The notes under the pieces are model-generated. The model did not search any database. It was not told the origin of the DNA and was given only the letters and a program-made list of their open reading frames with translations. A stretch of 64,000 bases of DNA from Obrimoposthia wandeli (lineage: Eukaryota), in assembly GCA_977020255.1 (NCBI GenBank), contig CDROCS010004715.1, positions 1 through 64,000 of the forward strand. Direction: 5' to 3'. The position numbers were made by a program, and so were the translations under genes. Of this stretch, positions 18,219 to 27,034 are shown in pieces; position 1 is the stretch's first letter, and every line of letters starts with the position of its first letter.

Positions 18219-19385
18219 ATGGATACTCAAAATACAGAGCAAAAGCCACCCCTGAATTGGGTGCCTGTGATTATGTTTTCGATCAGTACTTTGGTCTTAT
18301 TGACCTTGGTGCCCTTGTACGGATTTATGTATGGCTACAATACCTCTGCGATCATCGCTTTTGTTGCCATTACTTGGTTAACAGGAATGTCTATTACGGG
18401 TGGCTACCATAGATTGTGGTCCCACAATGCGTATGAAGCTCATCCTATATTGCGTGTCTGGTATGCCTTGTGGGGCGCAGCTGCGATGCAAAATACTATT
18501 TTAGACTGGTGCTCTGGTCACCGAGTCCACCACAGACATTGTGATGATATCGATCTAGATCCTTATTCCGCTAAGCGTGGTTTATGGTTCTCTCATATGG
18601 GTTGGATGCTGCGTAAATACCCTAGTGGCTTAGTTAACTTTGATAATGTTAAAAACCTGATGAATGATCCTATTGTTATGTGGCAGTACAAATACTACAT
18701 GCCAATTACTCTATCCATGAATTTTGGTATACCGATAGTCCTAGGTTTGATTTTTGGTGATGTTCTTGGAATGTTGTTACTAGCGGGGGTTGCTCGTTTG
18801 GTATTGGCCCATCACATTACCTTCTTCATTAACTCTATTGCTCATAAATGGGGTTCGCAACCTTATACGGATGAAAATACGGCTCGTGATAATACGTTCT
18901 TTGCCTTCTTAACTCATGGTGAGGGCTATCATAATTATCACCATATTTTCCAAACAGATTACCGTAACGGCATTCGTTGGTTCCATTGGGATCCCACTAA
19001 ATGGTTTATCAAAGCTTGCTCTTGGGTTGGATTGACTAAAAACTTGAAAAGAGTGCCTGATTTTAAAATTCAGCGTGCAAAAGTGAAGATGCAATTCAAG
19101 CGTGCTAATGAACAGCTTGCTAAAGCTACGAGCACCGATCAGTTCTCAGAGAATATTGAACAGTGGAAGCTGACTCTCGAAAAAGAATATGACGATTTTA
19201 AGGTCCTATTAAATGAATGGACTGAATTACAAACAGGTAAATATCAGGATACGTATAAATCGTTGCAAGAAAAATGGCAGGGTGCTTCGATACATGTTCG
19301 CTTTCAAGAAATTGAAGAAGGTTTGAGATTGCAAAATAGACGTTTACAGCAGTTTAATGCTCAGTTTGCTTTCGCTAAAGCATAA
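18219..19385 (+). CDS. desA: Delta-9 acyl-lipid/acyl-CoA fatty acid desaturase (DesA-like)
   Basis: His boxes HRLWSH, HRVHHRH, HNYHH and a coiled-coil C-terminus; ATG 18219 preferred over TTG 18201. Confidence 0.9.
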   Translation: MDTQNTEQKPPLNWVPVIMFSISTLVLLTLVPLYGFMYGYNTSAIIAFVAITWLTGMSITGGYHRLWSHNAYEAHPILRVWYALWGAAAMQNTILDWCSGHRVHHRHCDDIDLDPYSAKRGLWFSHMGWMLRKYPSGLVNFDNVKNLMNDPIVMWQYKYYMPITLSMNFGIPIVLGLIFGDVLGMLLLAGVARLVLAHHITFFINSIAHKWGSQPYTDENTARDNTFFAFLTHGEGYHNYHHIFQTDYRNGIRWFHWDPTKWFIKACSWVGLTKNLKRVPDFKIQRAKVKMQFKRANEQLAKATSTDQFSENIEQWKLTLEKEYDDFKVLLNEWTELQTGKYQDTYKSLQEKWQGASIHVRFQEIEEGLRLQNRRLQQFNAQFAFAKA

Positions 19386-19410
19386 TTTAAAATAGCGTTA
19401 TTTCATATTA

Positions 19411-19434
19411 AGAGCCTCAATTGAGGCTTTTTTT
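19411..19434 (+). terminator. Rho-independent terminator
   Basis: agcctc-aatt-gaggct followed by a T-run. Confidence 0.8.
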
Positions 19435-19495
19435 ATGTCTGTATGATTTGTTATAACAGAAAGTTTATCGAATTCTGAGCCTTTAATAAAAGAGA

Positions 19496-20005
19496 ATGCG
19501 AATGGAGAAAATATTAATCAGTGCCTGTTTTTTGGGCAATCCTGTTCGCTATGATGGCAGCTCTTTAGATGTTGCAATTAAAGCAGGGCTTGAGTCCCAA
19601 GCAATCATTGATGGTTGGCAAAGAGAGGGCCGTTTAGTCTCTATATGCCCTGAGGTAGCGGGTGGGCTATCGACACCTAGAGCACCTGCCGAAATACAGT
19701 TATCTGAATCAGGCAGCTGTGTACTTACTGAAACAGGAGATGATGTTACCGACTCGTTTATCCGAGGTGCGAATTTGGCTGTACGTTTATGTAAACAACA
19801 GAATGTGAGAATGGCTATTTTGACGGAATCTAGTCCATCTTGTGGCAGTACTAATATCTACAATGGAGCGTTTGAAGGTCTTAAAGTCTCTGGTGAAGGT
19901 ATCACTACTAGAGCATTGAGGCAGCACGGAATTGAAGTTTTTAGCCAATTTAGCCTAAAGAATGCAAAGGAGTATTTAATGAAATTGGAGGTCGTTGATG
20001 AGTAA
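19496..20005 (+). CDS. DUF523 family protein (2-thiouracil desulfurase-like, Fe-S)
   Basis: ISACFLG..VRYDG, CPEVAGGL.TPR, SPSCG, GEG.T motifs. Confidence 0.88.
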   Translation: MRMEKILISACFLGNPVRYDGSSLDVAIKAGLESQAIIDGWQREGRLVSICPEVAGGLSTPRAPAEIQLSESGSCVLTETGDDVTDSFIRGANLAVRLCKQQNVRMAILTESSPSCGSTNIYNGAFEGLKVSGEGITTRALRQHGIEVFSQFSLKNAKEYLMKLEVVDE

Positions 20006-20348
20006 CCGCAAAAAGGTAAAGAGATCCTATAAAGCAGCTTGGGTCTCAGGGTTAATTTTTCCTGGGGCGGGCTATTTCCTGTTAAACAAGCCGAAGCACG
20101 GCGCTATAGTGATGCTGATATCAGTTGCTTGCATATATGGGGTGATCCAGCTGAGTATGATGAAATATTTCACCTTGATGGATTTATTAGTGCGAGGAGA
20201 AGTTGCACAAGATTTGGCTTCACTTTTGATTGCAATACAGGAGATGCCTGTATTATCTATAGGTTGGCAGGATTTTGCGGGCTATGGTTTTGCTCTTTGC
20301 TGGGCGGTAAGTGTTTTTGATGCTATTCGATTAGCAAAGAAAATTTGA
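19998..20348 (+). CDS. Hypothetical membrane protein
   Basis: Overlaps the DUF523 stop; SGLIFPGAGYF motif and three hydrophobic segments. Confidence 0.7.
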   Translation: MSNRKKVKRSYKAAWVSGLIFPGAGYFLLNKPKHGAIVMLISVACIYGVIQLSMMKYFTLMDLLVRGEVAQDLASLLIAIQEMPVLSIGWQDFAGYGFALCWAVSVFDAIRLAKKI

Positions 20349-20545
20349 GCTTACTTAGCTGTGAGGATAAGTGTAGGCCTTAAGTAGGATTGGAAACTAT
20401 CCACCTTTAGACGTGTTCGAAAATGGCCGTTTAACCGGGTTGTCTATCGCCATTCATTGATACTGACCCTAAATACCTCGCATCTTTACGTATCAATAAT
20501 AATGATGGGCGCTTGAAAAACTGTCTGAATTATTTGTTAAAGAAT

Positions 20546-22339
20546 TTAAAGTTGATTGGCTTTTCTATAGTGTCCTTGATAATCAAAAACTCTTTCTTTT
20601 ATACGCCAATAATATTTTTGCTTTCGCGCCACAACAAAATCAGGTGAAGGGAAATACTCTGCAATCGCTAGGGCTTGAGGGATGTCTTTAATTACTATGT
20701 CTTTGTCCGTAGATAAGTTTATTTTTAAACGATTAGAGAATAGCTGATTAAATTTTTGTACTTGGCTGGGTTTCGTGAAATCAAAAGATTCACTCAGCTC
20801 GCTACCTCCTTCGTCGTGATAAACAACCTGCAACTTCCCCTCTTTTTCTATAAGGCTTGTGCCCGCACAGCGTAGAACTTTTGCATCTTTAAGTTGTAGC
20901 GCTTTTCTTAACATATCATCTGGATCAACCAGTACTTCTAAGCAATGTAAGCACTTACGGGCTGCGATATCATTTTCTTGACCGCAATGGGTGCATTCTT
21001 TAAATACGAAGCGGTAATCGCATTGTAGGCCTTCGATCAATGCTTGGCAGCGGCGACCGTAGTGTTCAACAAGGTCACCGTCGTCATCGCAAATCCCCCA
21101 AAAGATATTCGGGTGTTCACAGCTAGGACACAGAACTTGAACGGGTTGAGATTGGCTATTAGGCTTCTTCTCTCCAACTTCAGGCTGATAAAGGTCGAAA
21201 TCGTTACCGGTGTAATCAATAATTAAACAATCTTTTTTGCCTTCGTAAAGTCGTAAGCCTCGACCGATAATCTGTTGGTATAAGCTAACGGATTGTGTCG
21301 GTCTCAGAATTGCAATCATATCGACATGTGGAGCATCAAATCCAGTGGTTAATACCGATACATTCACTAGGTATTTAGTGTTCTGTTGCTTGAAATCCGT
21401 GATCAACTGATCACGATCTTTGCTTTCGGTGGCACCGGTTATCAACGCGGATTGTGACGCGGGAAGATAGCTTTTAATTTCTTCAGCATGCTCAACAGTG
21501 GCCGCGAAAATCATTACCCCTAGTCTCTTCTGCGCAAGCTCAACGACTTGCTCAATAATGCCTTGTGTCACACGATGATTTTTGTCTAATAAATGGTTGA
21601 TATCACTTTGCTTATATTCACCCACCTTATTTTCTTGAAGACTACTAAAATCATATTGCTCGATCGTTGCATCAACCAACTTTGGTTCAGTTAAATATTG
21701 CTTTTTAATGAGGTAGCGCAATGGCAGTTCATAGATACAATGCTCAAAAGGCCGTGATTCTTCACTGCGAATAATACCTCGGTAATGCTTTCGGTAAATC
21801 CAACCCATTCCAAGGCGGTAGGGGGTTGCGGTCAATCCTAATAACTTAACGTGAGGGTTAGATTTTTTTAATTGATTAATCACTTGCTGATATTGGTTAC
21901 TATCCTTTTCACTTTCTTTCTCCTTATCTTGCCCCTTATCTATATTAGCTTCTTTGGCTTTTTCAATATTAACCCGATGACATTCATCGATTATGATTAA
22001 GGAATAATTTTGGGTGAAGTCAGAGAGATTTCTGGCGGCAGATTGAATGCTAGCAAAGGTTATTTGTTTGTCGTTGTTTTTTTGTTTTAAACCCGCAGAG
22101 TAAATATCCGCTTGTAGTCCGAAACTTTCGTATTTCTGGTGGTTTTGCTCAACTAATTCTTTAACGTGGGTTAATACCAGTATTTTACCTTTCGCGAGGC
22201 GAGCAAGTTCAGCAATGACCAGGCTTTTTCCTGAGCCTGTGGGCAAGACAATAACGGCGGATTCATCGCTTTTTTGAAAGTGTTTAATCGTTGCAGAGAC
22301 GGCATCACGTTGATAATCTCTTAGTTGGAAGCTCGCCAC
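20546..22339 (-). CDS. radD: SF2 helicase-like DNA repair protein RadD (YejH)
   Basis: QLRDYQ, PTGSGKS, DECH, TATP, VLTTGFDAP, QIIGRGLR, C-terminal Cys-pair zinc fingers. Confidence 0.93.
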   Translation of the reverse strand: MASFQLRDYQRDAVSATIKHFQKSDESAVIVLPTGSGKSLVIAELARLAKGKILVLTHVKELVEQNHQKYESFGLQADIYSAGLKQKNNDKQITFASIQSAARNLSDFTQNYSLIIIDECHRVNIEKAKEANIDKGQDKEKESEKDSNQYQQVINQLKKSNPHVKLLGLTATPYRLGMGWIYRKHYRGIIRSEESRPFEHCIYELPLRYLIKKQYLTEPKLVDATIEQYDFSSLQENKVGEYKQSDINHLLDKNHRVTQGIIEQVVELAQKRLGVMIFAATVEHAEEIKSYLPASQSALITGATESKDRDQLITDFKQQNTKYLVNVSVLTTGFDAPHVDMIAILRPTQSVSLYQQIIGRGLRLYEGKKDCLIIDYTGNDFDLYQPEVGEKKPNSQSQPVQVLCPSCEHPNIFWGICDDDGDLVEHYGRRCQALIEGLQCDYRFVFKECTHCGQENDIAARKCLHCLEVLVDPDDMLRKALQLKDAKVLRCAGTSLIEKEGKLQVVYHDEGGSELSESFDFTKPSQVQKFNQLFSNRLKINLSTDKDIVIKDIPQALAIAEYFPSPDFVVARKQKYYWRIKERVFDYQGHYRKANQL

Positions 22340-22477
22340 GTTTACAGTAAAACCTTATAATCAATATATTGAGCTCATGCTACTGTGTGAGATAAAATAT
22401 GTCATCTGTTATAAACTGAAAATTAAGTAGAAGCGCTATAAATAAGGCTTTAGCAGCGCTCCTCCATTCAAAAATTA

Positions 22478-23440
22478 CTATTTGCTTTGAAAGACTGTCG
22501 TTTTATTACGGCCATTACCTTTAGCGTGATAAAGGGCTTTGTCCGCAGCTTCTATCCATTGTGTATGTTTCGTGAAATTGCTGGAATATTCAGCAATACC
22601 AGAGCTAATGGTAAATTTAATTTCTTTATCGTCGACATTAATAACTAAAGCAGCAACTTTTTTACGTAAACGCTCAGTGAAAACGGTTGCTGCGGCAGCA
22701 TCGGTATCAACTAATAGGATAGTGAACTCTTCACCCCCATAGCGACCGCAAATATCAGTCTCTCGAGCAGTTTGCCTAACAATCGAAGCTAGGGTTCTTA
22801 TGACCTCATCACCTGCTTGATGTCCATGTGTATCATTAACATTCTTGAAATGATCGATGTCGAACATCACTAAGCTACAAGGAGTTGACGTTCTAATACA
22901 ACGTTTGTGTTCTCGCTGAAATTCTTGTTCCCAAAAACCACGATTAAATAGCTCTGTTAAGGCATCGGTTTGGCTTAAATAAGCCAGATGGCCATTAGCA
23001 CTGGTTAAATCTTCTTGATTGACGGCAATGTCAGTCACATCATAGATTATTAAGCATATATGGTTAACTTCACCATTGACCGACTCTAAGGGAATGATGC
23101 TGCTATTTTGATACATGGTTGAGGCGCGCCCAGTAATTGGACGATAATTTTTAAATTTAAAAAGATAAGGTCGCTGCTCCCAAATGGTAAAGGTCCGGGT
23201 TTTTAATTCGAAAACAGGTTCTGATTTTTGTCGAAACCATGTTTCTGGTATGTCTTTAAAAGACTCAAATAAGGGTTTGTCGTGTACTTGGTCAGGGCGA
23301 AGTCCACTGTGGTTTTCCATAAAACCATTCCATAGTTGAATCTTGTAGTCTTTATCTAAAATTACTAAGCCTACATCAATACTTTGCAGTACATCCATCA
23401 GCCAGTGCATCTCTGCAAATTCAAAGCTTGCTTTGGTCAT
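22478..23440 (-). CDS. PAS-domain diguanylate cyclase
   Basis: N-terminal PAS; DIDHFKNVNDTHGH, intact GGEEF and RxxD I-site (RETD). Confidence 0.92.
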   Translation of the reverse strand: MTKASFEFAEMHWLMDVLQSIDVGLVILDKDYKIQLWNGFMENHSGLRPDQVHDKPLFESFKDIPETWFRQKSEPVFELKTRTFTIWEQRPYLFKFKNYRPITGRASTMYQNSSIIPLESVNGEVNHICLIIYDVTDIAVNQEDLTSANGHLAYLSQTDALTELFNRGFWEQEFQREHKRCIRTSTPCSLVMFDIDHFKNVNDTHGHQAGDEVIRTLASIVRQTARETDICGRYGGEEFTILLVDTDAAAATVFTERLRKKVAALVINVDDKEIKFTISSGIAEYSSNFTKHTQWIEAADKALYHAKGNGRNKTTVFQSK

Positions 23441-23455
23441 GTAATTATCAATCCC

Positions 23456-24067
23456 TTAGTCTAATAAATAGTCGACTTGTTGATTAATTTTGGCTACTGA
23501 ATCTTCTGTGAATAACAATAATAAATCACAACTTATATTCACATTTTCGATTTCATAATGTATTTCTATTGCTAAGGTTTGAGACCATTGGTGATTGCCC
23601 GATTTGACAAGGTCATCAACATGGCAATGCTGCCCAAGAACGACAGGGTGCCCTTGATTAAAGGAAATTTCCATTTGCTCACCAATACCATGAATACAGG
23701 CTCCGATAAGTACTGAGCTAACATCCATTAATACTTCTAACTCTCCATGTCGATCAAGTGGACCTTTATAGTTCATCAGTTTTGCTAGATCCGAAAAGCT
23801 AGCATCATTAAAAACCAATAGAGCTTCACCTGCGATACCTGATCCGATAAAACCCTGGCATACAGCGGATACGTTTTCATTGGTGGTTGTATCGGCTAGT
23901 GCCATGTGAAGCTCACTGGCACTGATCATATTGACTTTGGGAATAGGAAGAATAACGAATACGTTCAAAAGTCTGGCTAAGCGATCTGCTGCTTGCCCCA
24001 TAGCGATATTAGTAATTTCTTGGTAACAGTCACGCTGGTCTTCATTTATCATTGCAAGAGCTCCCAT
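23456..24067 (-). CDS. CheC-like phosphatase
   Basis: DCYQEITNIAMGQAA and ELEVLMDVSSVLIGA (CheC D/S-x3-E-x2-N repeat, second copy degenerate). Confidence 0.8.
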   Translation of the reverse strand: MGALAMINEDQRDCYQEITNIAMGQAADRLARLLNVFVILPIPKVNMISASELHMALADTTTNENVSAVCQGFIGSGIAGEALLVFNDASFSDLAKLMNYKGPLDRHGELEVLMDVSSVLIGACIHGIGEQMEISFNQGHPVVLGQHCHVDDLVKSGNHQWSQTLAIEIHYEIENVNISCDLLLLFTEDSVAKINQQVDYLLD

Positions 24068-24444
24068 TATTCAGTGACCGACAAAATGCCAAACTCAATT
24101 AATATTTGAGTAGCTTTTGCTTTATCAATGGGTTTTTTTACAAATGCCATCGCTCCAAGCTTTTGAACTCTTGCTTGGGCATCCGGTTGAATATCACCGG
24201 AAACAACAATCACCATCGCGGGTAAATCCTCTTTACGAATTAGCTCTAAAACACCATAACCATCCATTACTGGCATAGTAAGGTCGAGGAATACAACTTC
24301 GCCTTTGCCTTCACGGATGGCATCAATACCTTCTTGGCCGTTGCCTGCAAAAGTTACTTCGACATCCCAATTATCGGGAAGGGCGCGTTTCATTTGCTTG
24401 CGTGCGAAGCTTGAATCGTCACAAATAAGAACAGGTATTGCCAT
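24067..24444 (-). CDS. Single-domain response regulator
   Basis: ICDDS, FLDLTMP, VSGD, KKP; TAATG overlap with the CheC-like gene. Confidence 0.92.
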   Translation of the reverse strand: MAIPVLICDDSSFARKQMKRALPDNWDVEVTFAGNGQEGIDAIREGKGEVVFLDLTMPVMDGYGVLELIRKEDLPAMVIVVSGDIQPDAQARVQKLGAMAFVKKPIDKAKATQILIEFGILSVTE

Positions 24445-24663
24445 GGGATAGAGTCACCAAATTTTGTAATACTCTAAGTAATAGACGTTAATAGCTGATA
24501 TCTCAAGTGAGTATAGAAATAGAGGGTTAAAAATCTATTACCCGATGGTTGGGCTTATATTTTCGAGATGTCAGTTTAATTGCACAGAAATACCAATGCG
24601 GAGGGTGACAATCAACGATGATCGGTTAAAATGCGCCACAATATTTTCAGTTAGATAAGAGTT

Positions 24664-25230
24664 GTGCTGTATATGATCGGTGAGATTTTACGTTCCTTTG
24701 TTCTTAATAAACGAAATAAACGAAATAATAGTTTTCAGAGCTTACCGTTTACCAACGCTATTAAGCGTAATTTCCGAGTAGGGTTAGCCGATATTGATTT
24801 TAACATGCACATCAATAATGCACGTTACATGGTCTTTATGGAGCGAGCTCGCTGGGATCATCCTGTTCAAACAGGCACCTGGGATATCATGCTAAAAGAG
24901 AAGCTGAATTTCATTGTTGCAGGTATAGAGATGGGCTACATCCGTGAAATTAGGTTGGCTAAAAAGTTTCATGTAGAAAGTCGTTATTTAGGTTGGGACG
25001 AGAAGTATTTTTATTTAGAGCAGCGCTTTGTCGCTGACGGTAAAATCCACGCCTATGGAATGGTTAAAGCTGTGTTTTTACAGCACGGTAAAATGACCGC
25101 TCCAGACAAGGTGGCAGAGCTGTTGGGTATTACTCATGCGCCGGATGCTTTGCCAGAGCATATGGATCTATGGAAGCGTTTGAGTGCCGCTAAGCGTGTT
25201 TATTCTACACCTGCCGGTAAAGTAGTTTAA
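24664..25230 (+). CDS. Acyl-CoA thioesterase (hotdog fold, 4HBT family)
   Basis: DIDFNMHINNARY motif; start uncertain. Confidence 0.85.
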   Translation: MLYMIGEILRSFVLNKRNKRNNSFQSLPFTNAIKRNFRVGLADIDFNMHINNARYMVFMERARWDHPVQTGTWDIMLKEKLNFIVAGIEMGYIREIRLAKKFHVESRYLGWDEKYFYLEQRFVADGKIHAYGMVKAVFLQHGKMTAPDKVAELLGITHAPDALPEHMDLWKRLSAAKRVYSTPAGKVV

Positions 25231-25272
25231 AAGAGGGGGAATAAAAGGTCTCTTTTAATCAATTTCTCATTT

Positions 25273-25294
25273 AAGGCCTTTATTCAAAGGCCTT
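25273..25294. terminator. Bidirectional terminator-like hairpin between convergent genes
   Basis: aaggccttt-attc-aaaggcctt. Confidence 0.55.
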
Positions 25295-25341
25295 TGATCA
25301 ATATTCAGTACAGTGCTATTCATCAGTACAATTCGTATTAG

Positions 25342-27003
25342 CTACTCATAAAGAGGGCTTAGCTCTGGTTGATCAGTCGCAGTATTCGATTGGCTTTTCT
25401 TTATTGCTTGGGACAAATTGTTCCACAATAATTGGCCGTTAAATGCACTGTTTTTACTGTCCTGATAAAGAACACTATCCAATTCACTCAAGCTGTTTGA
25501 GAGAGCAACGGCATTAAATTGCTGGCTAAGTTGATCTAGACTGCTTATTCCCCACTCTTGTTGCGACCAATTTTTTAAGGATTGGCGAATCAGCACAGGA
25601 TCATTTTTCTGACACGCTTTTTTGATTTGCTTCAGCCGTTCTTTATTGGAAGGCTCTGAACTCTGAGTCTCGGTCTCAATTGGCTTACTTCCTCTATTCC
25701 ACAATAGGAAGGCGCTGATTAAATTCGTTATCAATAGGAATAGCGTTGCTGCAATCCAGTAACCTGAAGTATTGGGATTCTGTGCGTCAGCTTGGGACGA
25801 CGTCCCTGTGTTTGAGTTCTGCTGGCTACTGTCCATTTTTATTGCAGAGTCAGGAGCAGCGACAGTGACTGTTTGTGCCGGTAAAATTGCATACTCCAGA
25901 CGATTAGTTTCTACATTCCACCAGGGAATACGCATCTCAGGCGTAGTAACACGGCCACTTTTGGTGGGTACAATGGCTAAGGACTGTTGTAAAACACCTT
26001 CAATTCCTTGGCTATCAGTTTTATCATTATGTTCAGATTGATCTGGGTAGTACTTCAAACCCGCTACGATCGGTAAGTCGATTTTAGGCAACTGGCTGCC
26101 AGAAAGTCCTTGAGCGTTGATGGTAATGGTACGAGTTACAGGTTCGCCGACTTGCCACTCACTATAGGGCTTGCTCCAGCGATCAGAGATACTAATTTGT
26201 GGACTAGGCAGCCAAGCAGCTTGAGGGTAGGTAGAAGGTGTAGATTTAACCTTGATGCGCGTTGGTTGTGCAACAATGCTCACAGGGCGTCCACGACTCC
26301 AGCGATTGTAAGAGTTCACTATGTTGGCTGTGAATTTTTGCCCAGGAATAACCATTTCACCACTTTCTTCGGCAAAAACAGCAAAACGACGTTCATAAAC
26401 GCCCATACGTTGGCCATTGATGGTGGTATTGTATTGGCGTACTTCTCCTAACGGCATGACGTGTGCGTTGCTGACTTTAAATTCAGAGAGTGTGGCATCT
26501 TCATGATTCACACTGTAATACAGCTTTTCAGTATAGATAACCTGCGCTTGTACATAGGTGCTTTGGTTGTCTACGTCGATATCAAAAAAGAACTCTTTAG
26601 CAATTTGATCTTTTACCGTTTGAGAAAGTTCATTAACGGTGACCTGAATCTCTTGGCTACGCTGGCCATCAAACTCAACCGCAGGAATGATTAACGTGCC
26701 TGTTCGCAACGGAGTTAACATCAGTGTCCACTCGGTGAAAGACACCGTTTTCCCATTCATTGAACGAAACTGATTAGAGCGTTGCTGGTTAATAACACGG
26801 AATTCTTTTTTAAGCGCCGTCAAATCAGGTTGGCCAAAGCCGACTTGTTCGTCATAGCGAAGAAATAAACGAAAACTATCGTTCTCTGTAATCTCCTTGC
26901 GGTCAACACTTGAGGTTAACGTACCTGCGATAGCGCTATTGGTTAACAATAATAATGCTAAGGTTAGGATTGAAAATAATTGGGTGAGGGGCGTCTTTAC
27001 CAT
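25342..27003 (-). CDS. BatD family protein
   Basis: Signal peptide, SSVDR..I..N(D/E)SF, C-terminal TM; last gene of the moxR operon. ATG 27003 preferred; the ORF track starts at 27069. Confidence 0.85.
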   Translation of the reverse strand: MVKTPLTQLFSILTLALLLLTNSAIAGTLTSSVDRKEITENDSFRLFLRYDEQVGFGQPDLTALKKEFRVINQQRSNQFRSMNGKTVSFTEWTLMLTPLRTGTLIIPAVEFDGQRSQEIQVTVNELSQTVKDQIAKEFFFDIDVDNQSTYVQAQVIYTEKLYYSVNHEDATLSEFKVSNAHVMPLGEVRQYNTTINGQRMGVYERRFAVFAEESGEMVIPGQKFTANIVNSYNRWSRGRPVSIVAQPTRIKVKSTPSTYPQAAWLPSPQISISDRWSKPYSEWQVGEPVTRTITINAQGLSGSQLPKIDLPIVAGLKYYPDQSEHNDKTDSQGIEGVLQQSLAIVPTKSGRVTTPEMRIPWWNVETNRLEYAILPAQTVTVAAPDSAIKMDSSQQNSNTGTSSQADAQNPNTSGYWIAATLFLLITNLISAFLLWNRGSKPIETETQSSEPSNKERLKQIKKACQKNDPVLIRQSLKNWSQQEWGISSLDQLSQQFNAVALSNSLSELDSVLYQDSKNSAFNGQLLWNNLSQAIKKSQSNTATDQPELSPLYE

Positions 27004-27034
27004 CTCACTATAAAATGTTTTACCATAAAATGTC

